Origin: Hydrolagus affinis
Lineage: Eukaryota
Direction of reading: 5' to 3'
DNA length: 64,000 nucleotides
NCBI GenBank assembly: GCA_012026655.1
Contig: JAAILG010000587.1
Span: 1 to 64,000, forward strand
Part shown: positions 54,290 through 64,000 of the stretch, piece by piece
How the letters are laid out: each line of letters opens with the position of its first letter
Position numbering within the stretch: the stretch's first letter is position 1
The notes under the pieces: model-generated
Seen by the model: only the letters and a program-made list of their open reading frames with translations
What the model was told of the DNA's origin: nothing
Database searches by the model: none
Position numbers and translations under genes: made by a program

Positions 54290-54352
54290 TCAATGCCTTG
54301 GGATGTCCTCCCGATGTGAAAGGCGCTATATCAAATGTAATTTTGTGGTTGT
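54290..54352 (+). mobile_element. L2 3' tail fragment
   Basis: tgccttgggatgtcctcccgatgtgaaaggcgctatatcaaatgtaattttgtggttgtt. Confidence 0.78.
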
Positions 54353-54404
54353 TACTGCTGTTGATTTAATGTTGGTTTTATTTTTGTATTTTTGGATGAC
54401 TTAT

Positions 54405-54832
54405 CTAAATGCTAGATAGGCTAGGCTTATTCTCTCTAGAACAAAGAAGATTGAGAGGAGACCTAATAGAGGTTTATAAGATTATGAGAGGTTTCGACAA
54501 GGTGAATAGGGAAAGACTGTTTCCACTGATGGGTGAATCAGTGACTTGTGGTCACAGATTTAAAATAGTTTCAAAACGAAGCAGAGGGGAGCTGAAGAGA
54601 AATTTTTTCACTCAGCAGTTTGCTCGAATCTGGAATGCATTGCCTGCAAAGGCAGTGAAGGCAGATTCCATAACAGCTTTTAAAAGGGAACTAGATCTTT
54701 ATTTAGGAAGAGCAGGTTTGTTAGGTTATGGGGAGAAAGCTGGGCAGTGGGATTGAGTTGCTCTATTCAAACAGCCATCACAGACTAGATGGGCCGAATG
54801 GCCTCCTTTTGCGCTGTATGATTCTATGATTA
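54405..54832 (+). mobile_element. CR1 LINE 3' fragment (ORF2 C-terminus and 3' UTR)
   Basis: ORF 54409-54756 (LGLFSLEQRRLRGDLIEVYKIM...RNFFTQ..RIWNALP...FKRELD) is the canonical CR1 ORF2 end. Terminal gattctatgatt. Confidence 0.93.
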
Positions 54833-55336
54833 AGGTGCTATTGTTTTATACTTCATGTCAATATTCGCTGATCAGTTTTGAGAAGGAGCTTCCTGTTCTC
54901 TAACCCTCAATCTCCTACCACTGGAGCCTAGGAAAAGAGTTTCCAATTCTCAAGCCAGCCATCCTTATTGTCCGTTTACATCTTTTGCTGTGAACGCATG
55001 CTGAGAATGGTCAAACGTATTTCACTTAAGACTCAGAAGAGAAGGAATTGAAAATAACTGCAATAAATATCTGCAATATATTCAGTAAACTATACAAAAC
55101 TGTTCTGCTAGGCTAATTATTTTGTGTGCATCATTGACCTAATCTTCAGCCGTTCTGAAGGTTACCGTTTAATGTAGGACTGTCACCTATTCTGTTTATG
55201 CTGGGAATGGTGAGCAGAATATTGCATTTCCACCAGTACCTTTGGGGCAATGGGATCCAGCGTGAGTTAGGACATAAGTCGTGGTTGATGTGAATATATT
55301 GATGTGAATATATTCTATGCCATGCTTTTTACCCTT

Positions 55337-55405
55337 TGCTTTTTACCCTTTGCAACAAAGAGTGAGAAATTCATGTTGTTCAGAAGATTGTCGCCGATTG
55401 CCTTA
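55337..55405 (+). repeat. Direct repeat B, copy 1 (copy 2 at 55928-55996)
   Basis: 62 identical nt (55344-55405 = 55935-55996), extending to 69 nt with one mismatch. Confidence 0.93.
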
Positions 55406-55927
55406 TCATGTCTCAAAGACATAATAAGGCGCTATAACAAATGCAAAGATTATTTTTATTATTAATGAAAGTAAAGGGATGTGGAGCAAGTTAACACCTG
55501 GCATCGTCGGACCACTGAGTTCCTTTCTAGTTTTATTAGACTTGACAGTTGAGACATGCGGAGCTTGTGCATTTTCCTTTTCCAAATGCACATTCACAAG
55601 AGCATTTGTCACATTTTCAAAAAATTCTTTTTCTCTTCCTTTCACCTAAACTAATTAGCTAAATGAGTGCTGCAAATAAGATTTTTTTTGCGGTCACATT
55701 AGCTTGTTAATTAACATGTGCAATTAGACCTCCTATCTGATATCTGTCGGTCACAAACAACAGGCTTTCTATTTTTTGCAGAAACATGTAAGCTCTTTGA
55801 ATGTGTAAGTCAAGACTCTTCAGTTTTGAAGGTTAATGCTGCAGGAAAGCCAAACTGTTCTCTGCCCATTGTAACAGTGGGCGATAAAGAATAACTGTAG
55901 TGAATTATGAGGTAATTATCCCATCTA

Positions 55928-55996
55928 TGCTTTCTACCCTTTGCAACAAAGAGTGAGAAATTCATGTTGTTCAGAAGATTGTCGCCGATTGCCTTA
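55928..55996 (+). repeat. Direct repeat B, copy 2
   Basis: See 55337-55405. Confidence 0.93.
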
Positions 55997-56599
55997 AATT
56001 GACTTAGACGAGGCTGTTATTTTTGTGCTTTGCACCATGTACTGTTGTTCTCCTTTTAAAATTTTAGAATCGTTTTTTTTTTTATCACAGCAGTTATAGC
56101 AATTTTAGCCTTAAGATGCAAGTGCTTACTACGTTATGTACCAGGACCTTAATCTTTCTTCACATTGTATAAGTATCTATGACTCCTACAATTTATTTTT
56201 GAGCAATATGTACAGGACTTATACAACCATGGATCAATGTGACATACTGACTACCTTGAGGTCCTGCACACAAGTATGCACAAAGATATGAAAACCTGCA
56301 GACAAACACAATTTCAGAATCATCTATCTATTCTGTAATTAGGCATCACAGGGTGCATTCATGCAAATTACAATACAACCTGAAGGTGTAATTATATTAC
56401 CATTATAATTTATTAATTGTGTTTGGATTCTGTTTAGTTTTATCAAATGGATATTAGTTTAACAGCACAATACAAGATCTCTATTTTGCACACCAGAAAA
56501 ACAGCAAATGTTGGAAATGCAGAGCAGCGCAAACAGTATCCAAAAGAAAAAGTTTCATGTGTGATTTTCTTTCTTATCTCTTGATTTCCAAGTCCATGT

Positions 56600-56878
56600 C
56601 CACCGACCTACCCACCCCACCATCGGTGGGTGAGCCTTCAGCCACTCTACACCCAACCTTTAGAATTCCATCCCGCAATCCCTCCGCCTCGCCCCCCTCC
56701 CTAGCCTCCTTCAAGGCCCCCATCAAAATCCTCCTCTTCGATGTTGCCATCAGTCACCCCCTTCCCCATCCCTTCCCTCCACCCTACCCGACCCCAGCTC
56801 TGGTCTAAAACACTGACTGTCCAGTACCTTGGACGTGAAAGGCGCTATCTAAACAAATTTAATTGTGTTGTTGTTGTT
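56600..56878 (+). mobile_element. L2 3' end fragment
   Basis: aattccatcccgcaatccctccgcctcgcccccctccctagcctccttcaagg, then a pyrimidine-rich UTR, then gtgaaaggcgctat...gttgttgtt. Confidence 0.8.
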
Positions 56879-59264
56879 TCCGATCCACTGTTTTCCTGCC
56901 TCTTCAGAGTGTGAAACCACTGCATGTGTGGAATGACGGGACATGTTTTCTATTCAGAATAAAGTAATATGTGTGGCAATACAATTAATTTTTCTCAACA
57001 CCTCAGATTAGTGTTTTTTTTAAATGCTGGAATGCAACTATGTCTTCCTTTGAAAGACATCTTTGCTTTTTCCAATTACACAATACAATTTCCTGGCAAG
57101 CAGAATGCCTAGGAGAGTTATTCTAGATTTTCAATCAGGGTCGGAGAAGTCTTCAAACCTCCCAGGGTACGGATGGAGGTATGAAAACTAGGGATTTTTT
57201 CTCAGGAACTACTGATGGTTGTGAACTCATGAGGAATTGCAAAGTATATACAGTGGCGATTTCCTTCCTCCCCTCTCCCTGTTATACTGACACCGTGGTC
57301 AGACTCCAGACTTTTGAATAATCCAATGAAACATCTAATTATAAACTTGGTGCATGCAGATGAGGTCTTTCCTTCCGTTTATCTCAGTTTTACTTGGCTG
57401 AGAATTTACAATTCCTGCTTATTATTGTACAAAATGTACTGTATAAAATGGTGAAAGACCTCAGACACAGAAAACCTACTGCTAGCTATGGAGCTCAGTG
57501 AAAGCATAAGTCACTGCCTTCAGAGGAGGTGAGATTGTATTGTAAGGGTGAAAAAATCTCCTCTCTTTTTAAAAAAAATAGACTTAAAAGCTTTATTTAT
57601 TCTGCTGAAACAACCCACGTCCAATGGTAACCTGCCTCCAACAGTGGGTAGAATTTAACTTGGAGAGGATATTAATTTTGATGTCTCGAGAAGGTGATTG
57701 ATGGATAATCTCGCTGCAGTCACTGATTTTCATTATTCCATTTCTACAATGATAATGTTCCACATTACTGTGAGAGGGGCACAGAAAAGAATTGCGTGAT
57801 ATAATTAAAAACTGTGCACCTGTGACAAAAGAAGTGTAAAATGATAGGTTTATTCTGGGTCCGTATTACCAGCAGAACATGCAAAATACAATTAAATCAG
57901 AGATGATTCTCTCTTTCTCTCGCTGTCTATCTCGATCTAAAGTATATTTACGTAGCAGTTATTGATCGGTTGTTAATCAAGAAATGCCACCCATGCAAGA
58001 ATAGTGTACTTGTCATCAAAAACAATCCTGCCATGAGTCCATCAATGTGAGAACTGGACAGATAATGATCCTTGATGCAGTCTGTTACTGTCTCATCGTG
58101 CCATAAGTAGAGAATTTTTCCATTAGATTTTATCATACTTATTAGAGGGAAACTGTGTGGCTTGAATCATATAACCGCTTATATCTCGTCTTCAATCAGT
58201 TTACTGATGCAGGCGGCTAGGTGGTTGCTGCAGTTGGCTGATAGTAGCAGATCACAACATTGTAAAAGTTCTTTGGGACCCGCTATAAATGAGTACAAAG
58301 TGCAAACTGTAGATATACCAATTTTATTACTTTTGGGGGGATTTTTAAAGTTAAGAGATAAGCTTCAATTGCTTGGCTACATGTCTACTTGAAATAAGCG
58401 GGGCGCCCTTTTTTGAGGGCACCAGCTGGTAATCTTGTATAAAGTCTTTCTTCGTAAATCATAACCAATGTATAAAATGAATGGGAAGTGCTAACTGGAG
58501 CAAGCTTTGTGAGCTGAACCACAATGTATAAGTACAGGAGGTGTTTGGTATGCACTGAAATGACTCTCTAAATTAAATAGCTCAGATCTGCTGAGATATC
58601 TAGAGAAAAACAATGTGACATCAGGGGACAAATCCAATCACCCTCCAAGCTTATAATGATCCTGGTATAAATATAAATATAAACAAGATAAGGAACCCTA
58701 AATTGTTCTGCGCCCACTGTACAAAATGAGTACAGAGAGAATGTCAATATTAAGCAATTCTGATGAGTGTGAAAAGTGGCAGCTCTCGTATTCCTGACTG
58801 CGTGTTCTCATCAATGCATTCAGCCATTTAGGAAAAGTCATAATGATCGTCGTCAGTCCTTCTTTCGAGAATACCCTGTTTGTTATTGCTGTTGCCAAGC
58901 ATAATGGTTCCACTGAGGGATGGACTCCTATCTGTGCAATTTCACATTCTTGTCTTGAGCGAGTCGGTTGGAAATACCAAGTGAACATCTGTGCTAATGG
59001 ACATAGCCTTGCTTGTTTTGGTCTTTTGCCTCCTGATGCCATCTAGTGCGTGCTTCAGCAAAAACTGACCGAATACCAAACAGTGTGATAGGAATACAGG
59101 GAACAATTAATTTTATTCCAAAAAATTAAGTGGTACTTTGTCCAATGTCATTCAGATAAAAGATCTTGGCTATAATTGTTTTAAAATTCTCAACATCAAC
59201 ATGAGATGAGTGCTTTGAAGCAGCCTTTACTGTCTAATTTGGCTTCTGAAGGCTCTGAAGAGAT

Positions 59265-59513
59265 AATCATAATAATAAGCATCATAATAATAATAATAAC
59301 CCTTGCATTTGATATAGCGCTTTTCACATCTTATTGACGTCTCAAAGCACTTCACAGAATATACTGTAAAGTGAATTGACTGTATCTTTGTGGGCAAAAC
59401 GTGGCAGCCAATTGCACACAACAGTGTCCCACAAACAGTTGTTGATTGAAATGACCAATTTTTATTATTGTTTTTTTTTAGACGGATTATTATTAGGCGT
59501 GTTATTATTAGGC
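59265..59513 (-). mobile_element. tRNA-SINE family copy lacking its head
   Basis: Collinear with 22421-22630. Confidence 0.88.
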
Positions 59514-59981
59514 ATAATTAGAATGAGGCCAATATAAGAAGAACGGGGACAATCGATTTGGGCACTAATACTATAATAGTCTCTTTTATAACATTACTTA
59601 TGTGTTATTTATATCATTGCTCTAAATCTTAACACAGTATTTTATTAAGCAATGTAATAAAATGTATAACTACCTATGTTTTTGGTAAGTAATTATTATG
59701 AGCAAAACATTTTAAAAATAAGTAAGAACACCATTAGCTTCACAAAATACCTACATATCTGGTAATGCTGACATTTACGTAACAAGGACTCCTTTTCTGT
59801 CCTTTTCTGTATTGCTTGAAGAGTTTAAAATGGGTCACTGCATTGTAAGAATTGCTTTTAACTAGTGCCTAATTAGACCAAAAATGTTTTTTTGTTGTAA
59901 TGAAACACAGCATGTAAGATCATGGGAGGTTTAGCATGCCACTAATTATGACTCGCTGATCCAAAGATCTTATTATTAGGT

Positions 59982-60280
59982 GTCAGTCTGGCTCAATTGG
60001 TAGCATTTTTGCCTCTGAATTAGATGGTTGTGATTCCCAGACCCATATCAGGACTTTGAGCTCATTGTCTCCAGTGACACCGCAGTGCCACGGTACAGGG
60101 AAAGTGCTGCATTGTTGGAGGTGCCGTCCTTTCAATGAGACATTTAACCCACTCGTCCTGATAAAATTGGTCGTTGACTTGACGGCTGCTTTGTGTGACA
60201 TTATGGTGCACAAATTGGCTGTCACATTTGCCTACACAATCGCAACAGGTTACAATATATCCTGTGAAGTGCTTTGAGGC
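59982..60280 (+). mobile_element. DeuSINE (SacSINE1-like), internally shortened
   Basis: tggctcaattggtagcatttttgcctctgaattagatggttgtg...gtgctgcattgttggaggtgccgtcctttcaatgagacatttaacc...gtgcacaaattggctgtc. Confidence 0.72.
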
Positions 60281-60341
60281 AAATTAACATTTTGTGTATA
60301 TGACCTTTCGTCAGAATTAATGAATTTATTAATACTCTTAG

Positions 60342-60508
60342 GTGGCGAGATTGTGAAGCCACGATTTGCCCAGTTTTTTCATGGTAGCCTTGCTGGCTTG
60401 TCTATTCGACCTGGCAAGATTGAGAGCCAGAAGGTTATCTCCTGTCTGCAGGCTTGCAAAGAGGGCCTGCATATTAATTCTTTGGAGTCTCTTGGCAAGG
60501 AAATTAAG
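60342..60508 (+). CDS. CLSTN2: CLSTN2 exon 10 equivalent
   Basis: ctcttag|GTGGCGAG...ATTAAG|gtgaga. Encodes GGEIVKPRFAQFFHGSLAGLSIRPGKIESQKVISCLQACKEGLHINSLESLGKEIK. Confidence 0.95.
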
Positions 60509-60853
60509 GTGAGAGATTGCACAGGTTCAGATCTGTACTGATGAAAAATGTACTATTGATTTATCAATGGCCACTAAATGTTGATTTGCACATGGAAAGT
60601 CTTTCCATAGACATGAATGAGGTCAGAACAGAACTGAAAATATTTATGTTACATTGCTTTTTAATGCCAGATACTTAGATCTTATATTTGTAATTTTATT
60701 TGTTGATCTTTCCAAAAATGCCTAACAAGCAATATCTTAATTTTGTCGTGCTACACAAATTATTTTAATTAACTATACAAGAAAAACCCAATATATTTTG
60801 TGCACTCAGCTCAAGCAATTCTCTGTATTAATGTTCTGCTTGCTGTTTCCCAG

Positions 60854-61002
60854 TTTCACTTTAATCCTGCTCAGTCAATTGTGGTGATGGAAGGAGAAGA
60901 CATTGACATTATAAATCGAGCAATGCAGCAGGTAGCATACATCAACTCCAGGCAGTTTCCAACACCTGGCATTCGACGCTACAAAATTTCAACTGAAGTC
61001 CA
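60854..61002 (+). CDS. CLSTN2: CLSTN2 exon 11 equivalent
   Basis: ttcccag|TTTCACTTT...GAAGTCCA|gtgagt. Encodes FHFNPAQSIVVMEGEDIDIINRAMQQVAYINSRQFPTPGIRRYKISTEV(Q). Confidence 0.95.
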
Positions 61003-61154
61003 GTGAGTTATCCACAAACTGTATTGTTCTCCCAGTGACTTGGGCAACAATCATTCCACAAATACAATTGTTCAATTTACTTTGTGACAGGTTATAGGAT
61101 ATTGTTGTGCGCATGTTACTGTTTGCCTTTTACGCAGCTTTTATAGGCAAATGT

Positions 61155-61466
61155 GGAGTCCCGTAGCTCAGTGGTTAGAGCACTCATCTTACGAGTGAGA
61201 GACCTGGGTTCATTTCCAGGCAGGTCATGGCGAAACCTTGGGCAAGTTTCCACACACCTGATAATGACCCCTCAAAAAAATAATAATCACTTGATCACTT
61301 CACTCCATAAAGTGTTTGTGGGGACACTGCTGTGCGCAATCGGCTGCCGCGTTTCGCCCACAAATATGCAGTCAATTCACTTTACAGTATATTCTGTGAA
61401 GTGCTTTGGGATGTCTGGAAGACGTGATAAGCATAATATCAAATGCAGGATTATTATTATTATTAT
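61155..61466 (+). mobile_element. Full-length tRNA-derived SINE inside intron 11
   Basis: A box TAGCTCAGTGG (61164), B box GGTTCATTTCC (61207), core gggacactgctgtgcgcaatcggctgccgcgtttcgccc, and (ATT)n tail. Confidence 0.92.
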
Positions 61467-61518
61467 CAGTTGGATTCCAAAGAGTGAGTGGTGATCATTT
61501 TCTTTTTGATCTCCACAG

Positions 61519-61745
61519 GTGTTTTGGTGAAGACAATTGCATCAGTATTGCAGACATAGATGCGTACATTGTTGTTCTTCAGCCTGTAGAACCCAAGATT
61601 ACAGTGAGTGGATTGGATCATTTCTCCAGGCCAGCCTCGGAGTTTGAAAGCGCCAGAGGTGTTTTGCTGTTCCCAGGCCTTAGGGTCATCAGCACAGTTA
61701 AAAAAGAGCTGCAATCTGAAAGAGGACTCCATACAGAGGCTAAAG
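61519..61745 (+). CDS. CLSTN2: CLSTN2 exon 12 equivalent
   Basis: ccacag|GTGTTTT...GCTAAAG|gtttgt. Encodes CFGEDNCISIADIDAYIVVLQPVEPKITVSGLDHFSRPASEFESARGVLLFPGLRVISTVKKELQSERGLHTEAK. The donor is weaker but phase-compatible with the next exon. Confidence 0.9.
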
Positions 61746-62444
61746 GTTTGTCAGTTTGTGAAGTTTATTCCAAGGACTAGGGAAGCAAATGAAAATAAGT
61801 ACCGTACCAAGCAAGAACAAATGAGTAGAAAGTCAATGAAATAGAAAGGGTTTGAGGCCTCAATGAAACACCACATGTTTCCAACAGCCAGCAAATTTAG
61901 AATTCCTATTCCTTTAAAATACAATCTCCTATTCCCCCCCATGTTGATATTTTTGTTCTAGGTTTCCTTGCTCTTAATTTGTCCGAAGAGTATTCAGTAT
62001 CAGGCTTATTCTTATGTGCAAGAAAGAGAATAATATCTTTCCAACTGGATGAGTTGGAAACCCAAATGGACATTTGAACCAGAAAGCTGTAGAAGTCGAA
62101 TCAAAAGGGATGAGAGATAAATAGATCGATCCATGGGGAGTCATAGCAATAAATAGTGTGACAAATAGGGTGGCATTTCCTCCGCCCCGCCTTCTCTAGA
62201 AGTTCTCACCTTCTCTTAACACCATGCATCTTTCCTATGTGTGGTCAAGTCGTGCTCAAATTTTAGATGCCAGGCCAGGCTCTAGCATTAAAGAAACTTG
62301 GATTCAGAACCTCTGCATGAACTTTGTCTGAGTTGTGATTTTTTTTTATAGTATAACTACTACAGGAGAAATTGTTTACTTAGAAATTCCAAATCTCCAT
62401 TTGGGCTCATTAATAAAAAAAATTTTTTTTAAATTGTTTTGCAG

Positions 62445-62615
62445 TCCGTCAACCATCTGCTGCCGAAGAAATTGTTCACAACTTGGATTACTGTGATATT
62501 TTGATAATTGGCGATGAATTAAATTCCGAACAGGAGTGTCTGGAACTGGAGTCGATCGAGCTTCACGGGAAGCATCTGGAATTCACAAATTCCACTGCTG
62601 GAATGTCCATTTATG
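62445..62615 (+). CDS. CLSTN2: CLSTN2 exon 13 equivalent
   Basis: ttttgcag|TCCGTC...ATTTATG|gtaata. Encodes VRQPSAAEEIVHNLDYCDILIIGDELNSEQECLELESIELHGKHLEFTNSTAGMSIY. Confidence 0.94.
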
Positions 62616-63307
62616 GTAATAAACTTTTATTTTGCCAAGCTTTGTTATTTATTTAAACAGCAGTGCGAATCTTGTTGATTAATTTTTGCAGAATTAACTC
62701 TGCAGCAGTCTCCATTTTTTTTAATATATAAAAAAGGTCTTTAATCAGTGTGCAGCAGTACACTCATCACGTACAAATGCACATTATATTGTATGATATC
62801 TTTACCATAACGTCAATAACTTATTTAGCGCCCCTCATTTAAAATAGCATCCCAGCGCACTTACAGCAAATGTGAGCCCACTAAATAAACAGTTGCTACA
62901 TAGTATATTATACAGAGCTCTTTGAGACATCCTCCTTATTATTATTACTATTAAGCATTCTTCAATGGCTGAATGTGTTTAGCTGGAGGGTGAACATCAA
63001 TTATTCAACTGGTCCTGTGCAGCTGTAAGCCTACAGTGGATCCTGTTCAGAAGCACAAGATGTGGAATGCTCTACCTTCCAGCGTAGAGCTCCATTTTAT
63101 CCTCATCGCTTTACATTGTAATCGGCTAAAACGTTACAGTTTATTTCAAGATTGAAAAATAGGATGCAATTTTTAAAGTATTGAGCTGCTTCATCAGTCC
63201 CCCCCAAAAAAAATAATCAATAAGTACTTTTATATTTGATGGGCGATTTTCTCTTTGTCAAGTCTGTCTTCCACGTTATGAGACTGACTGTGTGTGTTTT
63301 GCCTCAG

Positions 63308-63453
63308 GTGTGGACTCCATGGGAAACTATGAGCACGTCCTTCGCAAAGTGAGGTATCGCAACTGGCACACTGCTTCCATTTTCGGGCGGAAGTTTAGGC
63401 TAACGTGCTCGGAGCTCAATGGCCGCTACACGAGCAATGAATTTAGCTTACAG
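63308..63453 (+). CDS. CLSTN2: CLSTN2 exon 14 equivalent
   Basis: cctcag|GTGTGGAC...TTACAG|gtgaga. Encodes GVDSMGNYEHVLRKVRYRNWHTASIFGRKFRLTCSELNGRYTSNEFSLQ. Confidence 0.95.
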
Positions 63454-63656
63454 GTGAGAAAAAGGCAAACGCGTTACGCACACGTCGGGTCTGCTGTTAT
63501 GGATTAAGGCTGCACGGAAGAGTTACTTAATACAAGTGTTGCGTGTAATTTACTTAGACAGCAATAAAGCACTTAGACCCTAGTTGGCACAAGATGCTGT
63601 GAAAATTGATTTAATTTGGCAAGGTAATATTGACCACCTTGGTTTCCTCTGTCTAG

Positions 63657-63789
63657 GTGAATGTTCTCCACAACATTAATCTCATGGACCATGCTAATCA
63701 TGTGGTCGCTCAGCCCCAGTTCCTCCAGTCTATCCATCATTCGCTACCTGGCCTCACAGGTCATAACCTTAACGCTGCACATAACTCAG
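63657..63789 (+). CDS. CLSTN2: CLSTN2 exon 15 equivalent (extracellular juxtamembrane segment)
   Basis: gtctag|GTGAATG...AACTCAG|gtaacc. Encodes VNVLHNINLMDHANHVVAQPQFLQSIHHSLPGLTGHNLNAAHNS. Confidence 0.92.
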
Positions 63790-64000
63790 GTAACCAAATC
63801 ATATTCTTCAGGCAATGGTGTGCAATGCATTAGATTCACACTATGTTTAAATTAAATATTAATATTGTACAGCCAAAAGATGCAGAGTTGTGAATTTTTC
63901 AGCACAATAGATACTGACTAGGGATGAATATTCAGAGTCAGTGACTTTTTGAAATGTGGATTTTGTAGCTTTACAATCTCAGATGATTCTGTTCCAATCC

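Larger units (their letters stand above)
34811..63789 (+). other. CLSTN2: Calsyntenin-2 gene, partial (exons equivalent to human 3-15; gene extends beyond both ends of this span)
   Basis: 13 exons of 196,209,150,186,258,122,163,167,149,227,171,146,133 nt, all AG..GT bounded, phase-compatible and stop-free (2277 nt). Peptides such as KSPIDCELQKEYTFIIQAYDCG, HGPSPGLRVEKETILCNSDKT, RPGKIESQKVISCLQACKEGL and CSELNGRYTSNEF match CLSTN2 as I recall it rather than CLSTN1/3. Confidence 0.95.

Noticed and set aside
55285-55996. CRISPR-like or LTR-like repeat structure
   Set aside because: Only two copies, no regular spacer array, no TG..CA ends with a TSD or primer-binding site, and the context is eukaryotic.
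57486-57528. Cassette exon in intron 9 with a good donor (gag|gtgaga)
   Set aside because: Weak acceptor, and 43 nt is not frame-compatible with the phase 1/phase 1 flanking exons.
61155-61230. tRNA gene (also at about 22660-22731 and 24985-25051)
   Set aside because: No proper acceptor stem or oligo-T terminator, and each continues into a SINE body and (ATT)n tail.
62038-62076. Small hairpins (tttccaact/agttggaaa; also 60592-60608 and 20588-20618) as miRNA precursors or terminators
   Set aside because: Stems of 8-13 bp are too short for pre-miRNAs and are expected by chance in 64 kb.
34811-63789. Assignment to CLSTN1 or CLSTN3
   Set aside because: Most exons carry residues I recall as CLSTN2-diagnostic, and exon 9 joins exon 10 directly (GACWQ-GGE). 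CLSTN1-like segments are local. A gene tree would be decisive.

Overview
Eukaryotic, AT-rich, intron-dominated vertebrate DNA. The mix of Deu-domain tRNA-SINEs, L2 and CR1 LINE fragments suggests a cartilaginous fish, probably a chimaera; this is an inference. The window lies inside a + strand calsyntenin-2 (CLSTN2, alcadein-gamma) gene. Thirteen internal coding exons, matching human exons 3-15, lie between 34811 and 63789. All have AG/GT boundaries and join in phase into one stop-free 2277-nt frame encoding two cadherin repeats, an LNS/LamG domain and the stalk up to the juxtamembrane region. Bases 1-34810 are most likely part of the very large intron 2. The 5' exons and the transmembrane/cytoplasmic exons fall outside the window. 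Introns hold many decayed retroelements. Almost all ORF-track entries are spurious or retroelement-derived. I found no convincing evidence of a wholly new biological system. The best leads are CLSTN1-like, possibly ancestral segments in this CLSTN2, a possible alternative terminal exon, inverted SINEs flanking exons 10-11, a templated-insertion-like duplication, and a nested CR1-in-SINE insertion with a target-site duplication (TSD). Comparisons with human proteins and repeat consensus sequences are from memory and need alignment.
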